Source: an uncultured Pirellulales bacterium (GTDB lineage: Bacteria; Planctomycetota; Phycisphaerae; Sedimentisphaerales; Anaerobacaceae). From it: a DNA stretch of 64,000 nt. Within the stretch, counting starts at the first letter, position 1, and each line of letters opens with the position of its first letter. This document shows, piece after piece, positions 46,463-56,903 of the stretch. The stretch is taken from contig CAZDVE010000002.1 of assembly GCA_964508785.1 (NCBI GenBank), forward strand, positions 47,721 through 111,720. Direction: 5' to 3'. The notes beneath the pieces are model-generated. The model did not search any database. It worked only from the letters and a program-made list of their open reading frames with translations, and had not been told where the DNA came from. The position numbers were made by a program, and so were the translations under genes.

Positions 46463-48673
46463 TCAGAATAGTCTTCCCATAAAGAAACTGAAAGACTGTG
46501 TTTCGTCGTCATCATCTTTCTTCAATGGCGTAGCGATCGAAAATCTCATCGGTACAGGCCCAAAAACCTGAGGTATCATTATCTGAATTCCCGCTCCGAC
46601 CGCAGCGCGATATGGTCCGGTATCTATCGTGCCGCTGTCTATAAAAAACAATCCGGAAACATTCTCGCCTATCAGAGGTACAGTTACCTCGGTATTAGCC
46701 AGGAAAATCCAGTCGCTGCCTATCGGATCTTTTCGCTTCGGTGTCAGACCAACAGGCAATCCTGTTTGCTCTCCCCTGGTACTGATGCCGCGGTACTCAA
46801 ATCCCCTAATGCCGTAATATCCTATTCCACCGGAATAAAAATTTTCAAAAGGAGGTGCGTTAGATAGTGTGGTCGCAGCAAGCAGCTTTGTTGCCAGTAT
46901 TGTTTTGCGGTCCCGAATATCCTCGTAGAGCGTACGATACCATACACTTGAACCTTCTAAAATTCCGAAATCGTAATCACCGGTAACCTGCTCATAACTA
47001 ACATTGTATTCATAGCCACTGCTCGGCAAATATGTATTATCCGTCGCATCTTTTCCAAGGCCAAACTTCGCTCCGACAAGAAGATTATATCCTTTTACAT
47101 CGATAATCTCCTGGGGCGCATCGTAATCGAGGTCTTCAATTTCAACATTCTCGACTCGAAAACCCACACGGCTGCGCCAACGGCTTTTATAACGCTTTTC
47201 AAAACCAACATATCCCTTTTCGGTTTTTTCATCGTGACTTTCCCTCCACCACTCGCGGCTTGAACCTGCCACAGTAAGCGATGTCGGCCTGTCACGAAAA
47301 TAAGGCTCGGTAAATGCGACTGAATAATAGCTTACTTCCGTCCCCGGCTGCAATGCGATACTCAGACTCTGGCCTGCACCTTTGAAGGACTGCATCGTGA
47401 TAAACTCACCAAAGCTTTCGGGCCAATCCGTAATATCAAAGTTTCGCTGAGACCAAATTAATTGCCCTATGACACCTGTATCGCTGCCGATAGATACGCC
47501 GGGATTCCACATCCCGGTAAGACCTTCCTTTATGTTCACTGAAAGATCTTTGCAGTCATCGGCGCCTTCTGCGGGAACAACCGGTCTAACAATAACCTCT
47601 TCGGACATAATCCTTCTTTGCAATTCTTTTTCCAAATCACCTTGCCCATAAACGGGAGCCAGGTGAGCGTTATAGAGATTACCCGGAGTAAAATCAAACT
47701 CATCCAAAATTCGCCGGATAACTTTATCCTGGGTCTGCTCATTGCCTGTTATATCAACCCGCCCAATCCGGAACTGGTTGCCCTCGACAATACTAAATTC
47801 AAGATCAACCACATTATCACCTTCCTGAGTAAATTTATGTCGATACTCAAGCTGTACATTGACAAATCCGCTCTCATGATAAAGCTTAAGAATCCGCGAA
47901 GCATGCGCACGTGCCTTTTGCGGATAGTAGATTTGGCCGGGCTCCAGTTCCAGGCCGGCCAGCAGCCTTCCTTTATCAAAGTACTCGGCACCAGTGAGAA
48001 TAATTCGGCCAACTTTATACTGCGGTCCTTCATCGATAGTAAAGACTATGTCACTACGACCGGAGGCCTCTATATCATGGTTTAGGAAACCTCTTTGAAA
48101 GTAAAGCTTTCTGATCTCGCTTAAATCCGCAGCAATTTTTTCTTCGGTATAATAAACCGGCCAGAAAATCCAACTGCGGGTTTTTGTTTTTATGGCACTT
48201 TTAAGCTCTCCCGTTTTAATCTGCTTATTACCTTCGAACTTTACCGACTTGATTCGAAACCTCGGTCCTTCGTCAATAATATAAATGACCCGGCCCTGAG
48301 ATAACTCGGCGGTTACGAGTTTCACCTGAACATCTGCGAAGCCTTTTTTACGATAGAATTCAGCAATTGTGATTCTGCCGGAACCTGCCAAAACCGTATC
48401 AAGGCGGTCACCAACTTTAAAGTCCAGTTTTTTTCGTAAAGCCTTGTCTTTATATTTGTCGTTACCTGCGAAATCAATCGATTTGATAATGTTCCTGCTG
48501 CCACCGACTATAGCAAGGTCCCCCGCAATGTTACTTACGAGACGGCCGTCGGAAGATGCAATTGATAAACTCGGAATCAACAGCCCGACCGATATAAAAA
48601 CAATCAAAATTTCGTATCGCATCAGATAATTCATCCCTCGCTTATCATGGATTAGAAACAAGGCTCGTATCAT
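46463..48673 (-). CDS. bamA: Outer membrane protein assembly factor BamA (Omp85 family)
   Basis: Repeated POTRA-like units (I.SI.F.GN......L......G) and a C-terminal beta-barrel ending FSFFMGRLF. The true start may be an internal Met (MNYLMRYEI...), 13-17 codons in. Confidence 0.9.
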   Translation of the reverse strand: MIRALFLIHDKRGMNYLMRYEILIVFISVGLLIPSLSIASSDGRLVSNIAGDLAIVGGSRNIIKSIDFAGNDKYKDKALRKKLDFKVGDRLDTVLAGSGRITIAEFYRKKGFADVQVKLVTAELSQGRVIYIIDEGPRFRIKSVKFEGNKQIKTGELKSAIKTKTRSWIFWPVYYTEEKIAADLSEIRKLYFQRGFLNHDIEASGRSDIVFTIDEGPQYKVGRIILTGAEYFDKGRLLAGLELEPGQIYYPQKARAHASRILKLYHESGFVNVQLEYRHKFTQEGDNVVDLEFSIVEGNQFRIGRVDITGNEQTQDKVIRRILDEFDFTPGNLYNAHLAPVYGQGDLEKELQRRIMSEEVIVRPVVPAEGADDCKDLSVNIKEGLTGMWNPGVSIGSDTGVIGQLIWSQRNFDITDWPESFGEFITMQSFKGAGQSLSIALQPGTEVSYYSVAFTEPYFRDRPTSLTVAGSSREWWRESHDEKTEKGYVGFEKRYKSRWRSRVGFRVENVEIEDLDYDAPQEIIDVKGYNLLVGAKFGLGKDATDNTYLPSSGYEYNVSYEQVTGDYDFGILEGSSVWYRTLYEDIRDRKTILATKLLAATTLSNAPPFENFYSGGIGYYGIRGFEYRGISTRGEQTGLPVGLTPKRKDPIGSDWIFLANTEVTVPLIGENVSGLFFIDSGTIDTGPYRAAVGAGIQIMIPQVFGPVPMRFSIATPLKKDDDDETQSFSFFMGRLF

Positions 48674-48685
48674 ACTTATAACGTA

Positions 48686-50125
48686 TTAAAACGGCACGCC
48701 ACCCCCGGCAGGCTCTTCCACACGAGAGGCATTTTCGAAACGCGTGATTTTTTCTCTGAATGTCAGTTTCACAGTTCCGGTCGGACCGTTTCGTTGTTTG
48801 GCAATTATCAATTCAGCCGTATTGTCTTGCTGATAATTATCCTCGTTACGGCGGTAATAATCTTCACGATGCAGCAGCATAACAACGTCGGCATCCTGCT
48901 CGATGCTGCCGCTCTCACGTAAGTCACTCATTCTCGGTCTGTGACCCTCTCTGCCCTCCGGAGAACGGTTCAACTGACTCATAACTATAACAGGTATGTT
49001 CAACTCTCTGGCAAGAGCTTTGATATACCTTGAAATTGTGGTGATTTCCTGCTGGCGAGATTCGACTCTTCCTGAACCAAGATGCATTAACTGTAAATAA
49101 TCTATAAGAATGCATCGCACATCATACATACTTTTAAGCCGTCTGGCTTTGGCGCGAACCTCAAGAGGAGTGAGTGTAGATGTATCATCGATATAAATTG
49201 GTGCTTTTGCCAGTTCATCACAGACATCAGCTAACTTCCTGAAATCCTCGTCACTAAGCAAACCTTTCCTGACCTTCTGGCTGTCGATCTCACTGATGCT
49301 GCATAAGAATCTTTCAGCCAATTGCTGTCTGCCCATTTCCAGTGAGAATACGGCGACAGGGAACTTTTCCACTAAACTGATATGCTCAGCGATATTCAAA
49401 GCCAGTGAAGTTTTTCCCATGCTCGGCCTTCCGGCAACAACTATCATCTCGCCGTTTTGCAAGCCACAGGTCAGGTCATCAAGCTCATAAAAGCCGGTTG
49501 ATAAACCCGTAATATGAATGCCCTGCCGTTTCTCGATAAGCTCAAAGGAGCGAACAACCAAATCCTTTAACGTCGCTGCATTGCCGCTTATATTCTTATC
49601 CGTTACTGCAAATATTCTGCGCTCTGCTTCATCAAGCGTCTCATTGACCTCGCCGGTTTGACCATAGGCATTTTCGAGAATTTCGCCGGCAACGGCAATC
49701 AACTCACGCAACAGCTTTTTTTCTTTGATAACACCTGCATAGTAGGCAACATTCGCCGAGGAAGGCACGGAATCCAAAATCTTTCCTATATACTCCACGC
49801 CGCCCACTTCTTCGAGGCAGTTGCGTTTCTCAAGCTCATTGCGGAGCAGGACTGCGTCTATCCCGATTCCCTTGTTTTTTTCATAGAGTGCAATCAAAGC
49901 ATCGAATATATGGCGATGTTCAACTCGAAAAAAAGCCTCACCATCAACCATCTCAACAACCTGCCCGATACATTCCGGGTCGATTATCATTGAGCCTAAG
50001 ACCGCAGCTTCGGCCGCTAATGATTCAGGCATGTTGCGTACAACTGTTAAGTTAGCATTAGAATTAGATTTAGCTCTAATGGTTCCTGAAGGATTAACTG
50101 TTCTGCCTTTTTCCTTGTCTGCCAT
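48686..50125 (-). CDS. dnaB: Replicative DNA helicase
   Basis: N-terminal DnaB domain (PESLAAEAAVLGSMIIDP), Walker A AGRPSMGKTSLALNIA, then LIDYLQLM and VIVMSQLNR motifs. Confidence 0.95.
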   Translation of the reverse strand: MADKEKGRTVNPSGTIRAKSNSNANLTVVRNMPESLAAEAAVLGSMIIDPECIGQVVEMVDGEAFFRVEHRHIFDALIALYEKNKGIGIDAVLLRNELEKRNCLEEVGGVEYIGKILDSVPSSANVAYYAGVIKEKKLLRELIAVAGEILENAYGQTGEVNETLDEAERRIFAVTDKNISGNAATLKDLVVRSFELIEKRQGIHITGLSTGFYELDDLTCGLQNGEMIVVAGRPSMGKTSLALNIAEHISLVEKFPVAVFSLEMGRQQLAERFLCSISEIDSQKVRKGLLSDEDFRKLADVCDELAKAPIYIDDTSTLTPLEVRAKARRLKSMYDVRCILIDYLQLMHLGSGRVESRQQEITTISRYIKALARELNIPVIVMSQLNRSPEGREGHRPRMSDLRESGSIEQDADVVMLLHREDYYRRNEDNYQQDNTAELIIAKQRNGPTGTVKLTFREKITRFENASRVEEPAGGGVPF

Positions 50126-50235
50126 ATTTGATTTGCTGCTTTGATAAATTTATATTTATTTTGTAAACTGAGTTATTCTACCGGCTGAAGAACCAATAGT
50201 CAAACAGCTTGTTACCCTCGCTCAGATTGTTGACC

Positions 50236-51453
50236 TTAATCATATTGAGATTTTAGAAAAAGGTAATACAATCGTCCTTCCTGATAAGTTTGTCCGGCCA
50301 TTTTGCCGGCAACCTCGCCCTCTCCCATATAAACATCGCATCGGCCGGGAGCACGTATCGCCCCGCCGGTATCCTGGTCCAGGGCAAAACCACTATAGAA
50401 CCTGTTAACTACAATACCACCGGTTGCCTGCGGTAAAGTTGTGGAAATAAAAGCCAGGGCCCCACGCGGGAAAATCGACTTATCGGTTGCTATACTACGC
50501 AAAGGCGTAACGGGCTCGTTAAGGCTGCCGAGAGGCGGGCCTGATTCCTTTCTGAAAAAGATAAATCTCGGATTGCGACGTACATATATATCCACCTGCT
50601 CCGGGTGCACCTTAAAATATTCAATCATTGCAGAAAGATTAATTTTATCACTGGATATCCTGCCGTCTCTAACCAACTCCTGAGCTATGCCGTGATACTC
50701 ATGGCCGTTGTTGGCATCGTAACCGATAGTAATGAGCTTGCCATCGGGCAGTCTGAGTTTTGCAGAACCTTGCACATGAGCAATATATGCCTCGAAAGGA
50801 TCGCTCAACCATACAAGCTCATTACCCTTGAGCATTTCCGAATCTTCAATTACAGAGCGTGAAGGGTACTGCCTAACCAGACCATTCGGTCGGCGCTGCC
50901 CGAGTATTTCGCCATCCTGACCTTTTACCAAATCATCGGGCGTTTTATATAAAGGATATCGGAAACGCTCGGTGCGAGCAAAAGAGGCATCGAAAATGGG
51001 AGTATAATAGCCTGTGAATAATACCGTCCCTCTGTCATCGCACCCCACCGAAATATAAACATCAAACTTCTGGCGAATGGCGTCGTTTAATTGTCCGCCT
51101 GATAATCCGGAGTCCAATAATTTGGCGAACGCCTTCAAGCTCTCCAGCGTTCGGTCATGAGAAATCTGCCCGCACGGGAAAAATTTTCGACTCGAAGGTT
51201 TCCGGAGGTAATTCAGGCTGTTAGTTATCGAGGTGCGAAGGTTTGTCAAATCAAGACATGCCGTCGTGAAATCCGGAATTTCGTGAGGATTTGTTATTTT
51301 CCGCAAAGCATACATGCCCGGTGGCAAAGGCCTGTCGTAAGAAGTTTTAATTTCCTGCCTCATCCGGCTCTTACAGCCGCTAAAAAACACCAAGATTAAT
51401 AAGAATGTTGACAGAAAAACTTTATTTTTCATTCTCAACTCCAGTATTTTCAA
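50236..51453 (-). CDS. mltA: Membrane-bound lytic murein transglycosylase A (MltA family), lipoprotein
   Basis: Lipobox VFFSGC. MltA domain (LFTGYYTPIFDAS...YPLY) and C-terminal 3D domain (FALDQDTGGAIRAPGRCDVYMGEG). Confidence 0.85.
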   Translation of the reverse strand: MKILELRMKNKVFLSTFLLILVFFSGCKSRMRQEIKTSYDRPLPPGMYALRKITNPHEIPDFTTACLDLTNLRTSITNSLNYLRKPSSRKFFPCGQISHDRTLESLKAFAKLLDSGLSGGQLNDAIRQKFDVYISVGCDDRGTVLFTGYYTPIFDASFARTERFRYPLYKTPDDLVKGQDGEILGQRRPNGLVRQYPSRSVIEDSEMLKGNELVWLSDPFEAYIAHVQGSAKLRLPDGKLITIGYDANNGHEYHGIAQELVRDGRISSDKINLSAMIEYFKVHPEQVDIYVRRNPRFIFFRKESGPPLGSLNEPVTPLRSIATDKSIFPRGALAFISTTLPQATGGIVVNRFYSGFALDQDTGGAIRAPGRCDVYMGEGEVAGKMAGQTYQEGRLYYLFLKSQYD

Positions 51454-51712
51454 ACCTGGTTTTCACCGTCAAAAACAACAAAAAAACACATTTCTCGTAT
51501 GTTATACGGATTGGGACCAATTTATCAATGAAATTTAATTCTCCAATCTCTCAGCAGGAAGGTTCCCCACAAACATTGTGTAAGTACATCCATATTTTTA
51601 ATCGAACCAAACGGGATTTCAAAAAGTAAAAAGTGATACTATAAACTCTTGTGACCGACCAGCGTATATTTAAACCCGATGATAGAGGCAGCCTGGAATG
51701 TAAAAGATAAGA

Positions 51713-51741
51713 TTGAATAACACTCTTTCTTGTTATAGAAT
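51713..51741 (+). promoter_or_regulatory. Candidate sigma-70-type promoter for the MMPL transporter gene
   Basis: TTGAAT, a 17-nt spacer, then TAGAAT, about 75 nt upstream of ATG 51817. Confidence 0.3.
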
Positions 51742-51816
51742 TCCGCTGTGAATTCGAGCCGTCTTATCGAACAATATACTCGGAAGTTCTACATCTAAAA
51801 TATGGGGATTTGATAT

Positions 51817-54657
51817 ATGGACTTAAAGCAAAAGATAACGGAGTATTCTCTGAAACATTACAAATTGATTACTATTGTAATGATTTCATTTACTCTGGGA
51901 CTCGGTGTTCTGATATCGATGATCCAGGTTGATACCGACCCGGAGAATATGCTCTCGGTAGACGAGCCGGTGCGTATATTTCATAATCAGACCAAGGAAC
52001 GATTCACACTAAGTGACATCGTAGTTGTCGGTATTGTCAACAACAAAGACCCTAACGGCGTCTATAATCCCGCTTCACTGACCAGGATATACGAACTGAC
52101 CGAATTTGCAAAAACTCTGCGATGGGAGGACGAAAGCGATCCCAATAAGCAAATCGGCGTTATCGAAGTTGATTTGCTCGCACCCTCGACCGTTGACCAT
52201 ATCGGCCAGGGCGGCCCCGGAGTCGTCACCTTCGAATGGCTAATGAACAAACCGCCGCAAACACAGGCCGAAGCGATTGAAATAAAACATAAGGCAATGT
52301 CCAATCCATTGCTCAAAGGAACAGTCGTTTCCGAAAACGGCAAAGCAATATGCCTGTACCTGCCTCTTACCAGTAAGGACCTCAGCCACAGAGTGTACAA
52401 GGAGCTTAATGAAGAAATAGCAAAATTCACCGGCGATGAAGAATATCATATTACCGGCCTGCCTGTTGCCGAAGATACCTTCGGAGTCGAGATGTTTATT
52501 CAAATGGCAATATCGGCTCCGCTGGCGATGGGAGTGATATTTATTCTGATGTTGCTGTTTTTCCGAAAGCTGGTGCTCGTCATCTCGCCGATGATTGTCG
52601 CGATGGTTTCGGTTATTTCAACGATGGGGCTGTTGATCGGGCTGGGATACCCCGTGCACATTATGAGCTCTATGATACCTATTTTCCTCATGCCGATAGC
52701 GGTGGTGGATTCGGTGCACATCCTGTCTGAATTCTTCGACCTTTACACGAAAGAAAAAGGCAGGAAAAAAACTACACTGGAAGTGATGAACGACTTATTC
52801 ATGCCGATGCTCTATACATCTCTGACCTCAGCCGCCGGCTTTGCTTCGCTGGCTCTTACTCCTATTCCACCGGTTCAGGTTTTTGGTATCTTTGTGGCCA
52901 TAGGCATTATGATTGCGTGGATTTGCACGATAACCTTTGTGCCGGCCTACATTATGATGATAAAAGAAAGCTCGCTGGAAAATTTCGGCTCCGCGAATGT
53001 TAAGGACAAAAGACAAAGCTTTCTCGAAAAGTTGCTGCATGCCGCCGGAAGGTTCACCTATGCAGCCGCAAAGCCGATTCTTGCAGTCATGCTGATAATT
53101 ACTGCAATGGCCATCTATGGCGTTTCACGAATAGAGATAAATGATAATCCAGTCAAGTGGTTCTCTAAAAGTCACCCTATCCGCCGGGCAGATATCGAAT
53201 TGAACAAACATTTCGGCGGAACTTACATGGCTTATCTGGTGCTTGAATCTAACGAACCAAATGCCATCCAGCCGAAATATATCAGCGACCTGAGAAAACA
53301 CCTTTCGGAAAAATCTTTTGAATTAAAGGATGATTTTCCCGGCATTATAAATATTATCCCAGAAGTGGAGGAGACACTTTTAGAACAGGCATCAAAAGTC
53401 GAAACGAAAGAAGATTTGCTCGAGCAGCTAATCTCTTTCGCCAATGAAAAAATAGAAACCGCCGATGCAAATGACGTGGACAACTGGTACGAGTTGGCCG
53501 ACTTTTTTGAACTGGAAAAAGAACGGATAAAAATATTCAAGCAACCTGAAGTTCTGCGATATATTGCAAAACTACAGGACCACCTCAGCCGGTCCGGCCT
53601 TGTCGGCAAAAGTAACTCCGTTGCAGATGTGGTAAAAAAAGTCCATCAGGAACTGACCGATGGAAATCTCGAAAATCATAAAATCCCCGATTCGTCGGCC
53701 GCTGTAGCTCAATGCCTGCTACAGTTCCAGAGCAGTCATAATCCTGACGATTTGTGGCACATGGTCACCACGGATTACATGCATGCTAATATCTGGATAC
53801 AGCTACCCAGCGGCGATAACAAAGATATGCAAAAGGTCGTGACAGCGGTTAAGGAATATTTTAAGAATAATCCGCCACCAGTACAACTAAACTATCATTG
53901 GGCGGGACTAACCTATATCAATGTCGTCTGGCAGGACAAAATGGTATGGGGTATGCTCCAGTCGTTCCTGGGAAGCTTTGTCATCGTTTTTATAATGATG
54001 TCGATATTATTCCGCTCCCCGCTGTGGGGTATTGTATGCATGGTACCTTTATTGATAACAATCATTTTAATCTACGGCATAATCGGACTTATCGGCAAAG
54101 ATTATGATATGCCGGTTGCGGTACTCAGTGCTTTAACGCTTGGTATGGCGGTTGATTTCGCGATACATTTTCTCGAACGTGCACGTGCCAGTTACAGCCA
54201 AACTCATTCATGGCAGAAAAGTGCCGTGGAAATGTTCGGCGAACCGGCCAGAGCAATTACCAGAAATGTCCTTGTAATTGCAATCGGTTTTCTGCCCTTA
54301 TTGGCTGCTCCATTGATACCTTATAAAACAGTTGGAATATTTTTATGTGCGATAATGGCTTCATCCGGAGCTGTTACCCTGCTGGCATTGCCTGCTATTG
54401 TAAAACTTGCAGAAAAATGGTTGTTCAAACCGATTAAACAGCCAAAATCCGCAATCTGTAACTGTGCCTTCTGCCTGATTATAACAATAGCAACTGTAGT
54501 CCTGGTAGCAGTGAATCTGAATCAATACTGGAAGCTCGGTTGGAGTATGCTGGCTATCCTAAGTATAATCACAATATCCGCGATGGCGCTTACCTGTGGA
54601 ATAATATCTCGCCGGAGGGCCTGCAAGATGGCTCAGGCACAAGAAACTGAAAATTAG
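51817..54657 (+). CDS. RND-superfamily MMPL-type transporter (two sterol-sensing-like 6-TM bundles)
   Basis: Duplicated architecture: TM1, a large periplasmic loop, then 5 TM, repeated. MMPL-like segments (GVEMFIQMAISAPLAMGVIFILMLLFFR, ...AVLSALTLGMAVDFAIHFLER). Confidence 0.9.
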   Translation: MDLKQKITEYSLKHYKLITIVMISFTLGLGVLISMIQVDTDPENMLSVDEPVRIFHNQTKERFTLSDIVVVGIVNNKDPNGVYNPASLTRIYELTEFAKTLRWEDESDPNKQIGVIEVDLLAPSTVDHIGQGGPGVVTFEWLMNKPPQTQAEAIEIKHKAMSNPLLKGTVVSENGKAICLYLPLTSKDLSHRVYKELNEEIAKFTGDEEYHITGLPVAEDTFGVEMFIQMAISAPLAMGVIFILMLLFFRKLVLVISPMIVAMVSVISTMGLLIGLGYPVHIMSSMIPIFLMPIAVVDSVHILSEFFDLYTKEKGRKKTTLEVMNDLFMPMLYTSLTSAAGFASLALTPIPPVQVFGIFVAIGIMIAWICTITFVPAYIMMIKESSLENFGSANVKDKRQSFLEKLLHAAGRFTYAAAKPILAVMLIITAMAIYGVSRIEINDNPVKWFSKSHPIRRADIELNKHFGGTYMAYLVLESNEPNAIQPKYISDLRKHLSEKSFELKDDFPGIINIIPEVEETLLEQASKVETKEDLLEQLISFANEKIETADANDVDNWYELADFFELEKERIKIFKQPEVLRYIAKLQDHLSRSGLVGKSNSVADVVKKVHQELTDGNLENHKIPDSSAAVAQCLLQFQSSHNPDDLWHMVTTDYMHANIWIQLPSGDNKDMQKVVTAVKEYFKNNPPPVQLNYHWAGLTYINVVWQDKMVWGMLQSFLGSFVIVFIMMSILFRSPLWGIVCMVPLLITIILIYGIIGLIGKDYDMPVAVLSALTLGMAVDFAIHFLERARASYSQTHSWQKSAVEMFGEPARAITRNVLVIAIGFLPLLAAPLIPYKTVGIFLCAIMASSGAVTLLALPAIVKLAEKWLFKPIKQPKSAICNCAFCLIITIATVVLVAVNLNQYWKLGWSMLAILSIITISAMALTCGIISRRRACKMAQAQETEN

Positions 54658-54682
54658 CAAAACTAATTTTTTGGGGGCCATT

Positions 54683-54871
54683 ATGACTGTTGAAAGACTA
54701 CTAAGATGTATCGCAGGATTTTTTGTGCTTGTTAGTGTCCTGTTGGCACATTATCATTCCAGGTATTGGCTGTTCTTTACTGCGCTTGTGGGTTTGAATC
54801 TGCTGCAGTCGGCCTTTACCAACTGGTGCCCAATGATGTGGACACTCAAAAAGCTCGGTGTTAAAAACTAA
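54683..54871 (+). CDS. DUF2892 (YgaP-like) small membrane protein
   Basis: R.IAG.....S.LL........W..F...VG.NL.QSA.TNWCP pattern, typical of DUF2892. GGGGG lies 7 nt upstream of ATG 54683. Confidence 0.7.
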   Translation: MTVERLLRCIAGFFVLVSVLLAHYHSRYWLFFTALVGLNLLQSAFTNWCPMMWTLKKLGVKN

Positions 54872-54904
54872 ACCTGAGCAAGTTAAATGAAAGCGAGGTG
54901 TAAG

Positions 54905-55729
54905 ATGAGGATTACATTATCAATGCTGTTTATTTTGGCTGTTTCTTTACCAATCTCCGCATCAGAAAAAGCTGACCCAAACGAAAAAATCGCCGATGTT
55001 CAAACTCTCGGTGTCCAGGCAATTGTCGAGAAAGCAAACATTGTAGCCTATTATCAGGGCCAGGACGGCAAAGCCACAATCAATATGGTTATTACAAACA
55101 AGCAGGGCCAAAAACGAGAACGCCAGTTTAATATTTTGCGAAAAGATGTCAATGACGGAGGCGACCAAAAGTATTTCGTATATTTCCAAAAGCCTGCGGA
55201 TGTCCGCAAGATGACCTACATGGTTCACAAATACGCCGATCCCAAAAAAGACGACGACCGCTGGCTGTACCTGCCCGCACTCTCTCTGGTAAAGCGTATT
55301 GCCGCCGGTGACAAGCGTACAAGCTTCGTAGGTTCGGACTTTTTGTACGAAGATGTCTCAGGCAGAAGCCTTGAAGAAGATACCCATGAGCTAATTGAAA
55401 CAACGGACAAGTTTTTTATAATTAAAAATGTCCCTAAGCAGCCTGACACTGTCGAGTTCGCTTATTACAATGTATCGATAGACCGCAAAACTTTTGTGCC
55501 GATGAAAATGGAATTTTACGACAAGGGGAAAAAATTCTACCGCACCATCGAGTCTGTTAAGGTTGAAACAATTCAGGATTTTCCCACCGTCGTTAAATCC
55601 ATTGTCACGAATCTTCAAACCGGTAGTAAGACGGAAATGGAGTTCAGCAATGTCCAGTACAACATCAAACTGGGTGACATATTTACAGAACGATACCTGC
55701 AAAGACCGCCACGGGAGGCAATAAGATAA
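54905..55729 (+). CDS. Outer-membrane lipoprotein-sorting (LolA-like) protein, the family usually partnered with MMPL transporters
   Basis: Signal peptide MRITLSMLFILAVSLPISA. Conserved core DRWLYLPALSLVKRIAAGDKRTSFVGSDFLYEDV. GAGG lies 6 nt upstream of ATG 54905. Confidence 0.8.
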   Translation: MRITLSMLFILAVSLPISASEKADPNEKIADVQTLGVQAIVEKANIVAYYQGQDGKATINMVITNKQGQKRERQFNILRKDVNDGGDQKYFVYFQKPADVRKMTYMVHKYADPKKDDDRWLYLPALSLVKRIAAGDKRTSFVGSDFLYEDVSGRSLEEDTHELIETTDKFFIIKNVPKQPDTVEFAYYNVSIDRKTFVPMKMEFYDKGKKFYRTIESVKVETIQDFPTVVKSIVTNLQTGSKTEMEFSNVQYNIKLGDIFTERYLQRPPREAIR

Positions 55730-55755
55730 AACAGTTTTTTTAAGGATTGTCCAAA

Positions 55756-55998
55756 ATGATAAGTCAATCTCCTGACACTTCCCCTGAAGCTGAAAAAGTA
55801 CAGATCGAATTGATCCGCAAATCAAGCGTTGCCAGGAGAATATCGATAGTCCGGTCGCTTTCTCAAACCGTCATCTATCTTTCACGAAGGGCCATTAAAC
55901 GTACAAAGCCATTTCTGAGCGAACGAGAATTGGATATAGCCTTCGTAGCGAATCACTACGGAGAAGAGCTTGCAGAACGTCTCCGTTTGTATCTGTAG
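55756..55998 (+). CDS. Small helical protein of a family that, from memory, precedes nucleotidyltransferase genes
   Basis: AAGGA 9 nt upstream. The sequence PEAEKVQIELIRKSSVARRISIVRSLSQTVIYLSRRAIKR...ELDIAFVANHYGEELAERLRLYL resembles small ORFs I recall upstream of nucleotidyltransferase-fold genes. Not verifiable here. Confidence 0.5.
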   Translation: MISQSPDTSPEAEKVQIELIRKSSVARRISIVRSLSQTVIYLSRRAIKRTKPFLSERELDIAFVANHYGEELAERLRLYL

Positions 55999-56009
55999 CA
56001 CAGGCAGCT

Positions 56010-56057
56010 ATGAAAAAAACGGATATAATTGCCGCATTGGATATACTACGAACGTAA
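56010..56057 (+). pseudogene. 15-codon remnant ORF (MKKTDIIAALDILRT*), possibly the truncated 5' end of the partner nucleotidyltransferase gene
   Basis: ATG lies 12 nt after the stop of the 80-aa gene. It stops after 15 codons, exactly where base composition drops into the AT-rich island. Confidence 0.3.
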
Positions 56058-56166
56058 CATTATATTGGTAAATAAAACATGCAATGGGCCATAAATTAAC
56101 ATTGTAATGTTGGTTCTATGAGAAAGCTTGATTTAAGCTTACGATTAATTAATTGAAGTAGGAACC

Positions 56167-56829
56167 ATGTACAGTAACGAAGAAGAACTGCCATCAATGT
56201 TTACCAAAACTCGTGACTTGATAAAAGGCAAAAATCGAGAAAGTGCGATGTGTGCTGCCGTTTTAGAGGGCGCTGAATGCTATTGCAATGCCATATTACT
56301 ATTATTAAACAAAAACTATGTATTCCCGGCAAAAGCTTTAATGAGGTGCTTGTGTGAACTTACCGTCAAGTTAATCTGGTGCCTGCAATGTCCTGATGAC
56401 ACGAATGAAGAACAGGATAGAAAAACAGTTGACGAAAAGATTAGTTGTTGGGAGAAAAGCACTCTTGCACAAAATATTAGTGTGTTGGAGGAGTGGAAGC
56501 AGGTTGAGCATGGGAACAACAAAATTGATAATCAGATAAAAGAGCTTGAAAAGAAAAAAAACGATATGTCCGTTAAAGAAATGCCGAGTTACCCTAAACT
56601 ACTGAACAAGTTGCCACCCGATTTTAGGTGTAAAATATCGCTTAAACTATATAAGGATTTCAACAAAGCGATACATCTTGACACAAACAGCCTGGGGGAA
56701 ATTTATTTGCAAAACAGTAAAACTAACTTCAATAATAATGACATCAGTAGGTTAAAAGACTATTGTTTCTTGTTGGCTAAAATCATCACTAGTGCTATAA
56801 CAACTAATTATAATTTAACAGACACTTAA
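56167..56829 (+). CDS. Hypothetical helical protein, DUF5677/AbiV-like (HEPN-related) candidate
   Basis: The pattern CYCNAILLLLNKNYVFPAKALMRCLCELTVKLIWCL ... LYKDFNKAIHLDTNSL resembles the 'A.LL...G....A..L.R...E......yl ... Y...S..vH' layout of DUF5677/AbiV proteins. AT-rich codon usage. The assignment is tentative. Confidence 0.45.
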   Translation: MYSNEEELPSMFTKTRDLIKGKNRESAMCAAVLEGAECYCNAILLLLNKNYVFPAKALMRCLCELTVKLIWCLQCPDDTNEEQDRKTVDEKISCWEKSTLAQNISVLEEWKQVEHGNNKIDNQIKELEKKKNDMSVKEMPSYPKLLNKLPPDFRCKISLKLYKDFNKAIHLDTNSLGEIYLQNSKTNFNNNDISRLKDYCFLLAKIITSAITTNYNLTDT

Positions 56830-56903
56830 CTTAAAAGGATGATCTGTTACAAATATTCATGAGGGAACTATAATAAACAATGGTTTGACGGAAAGGATTC
56901 AGA

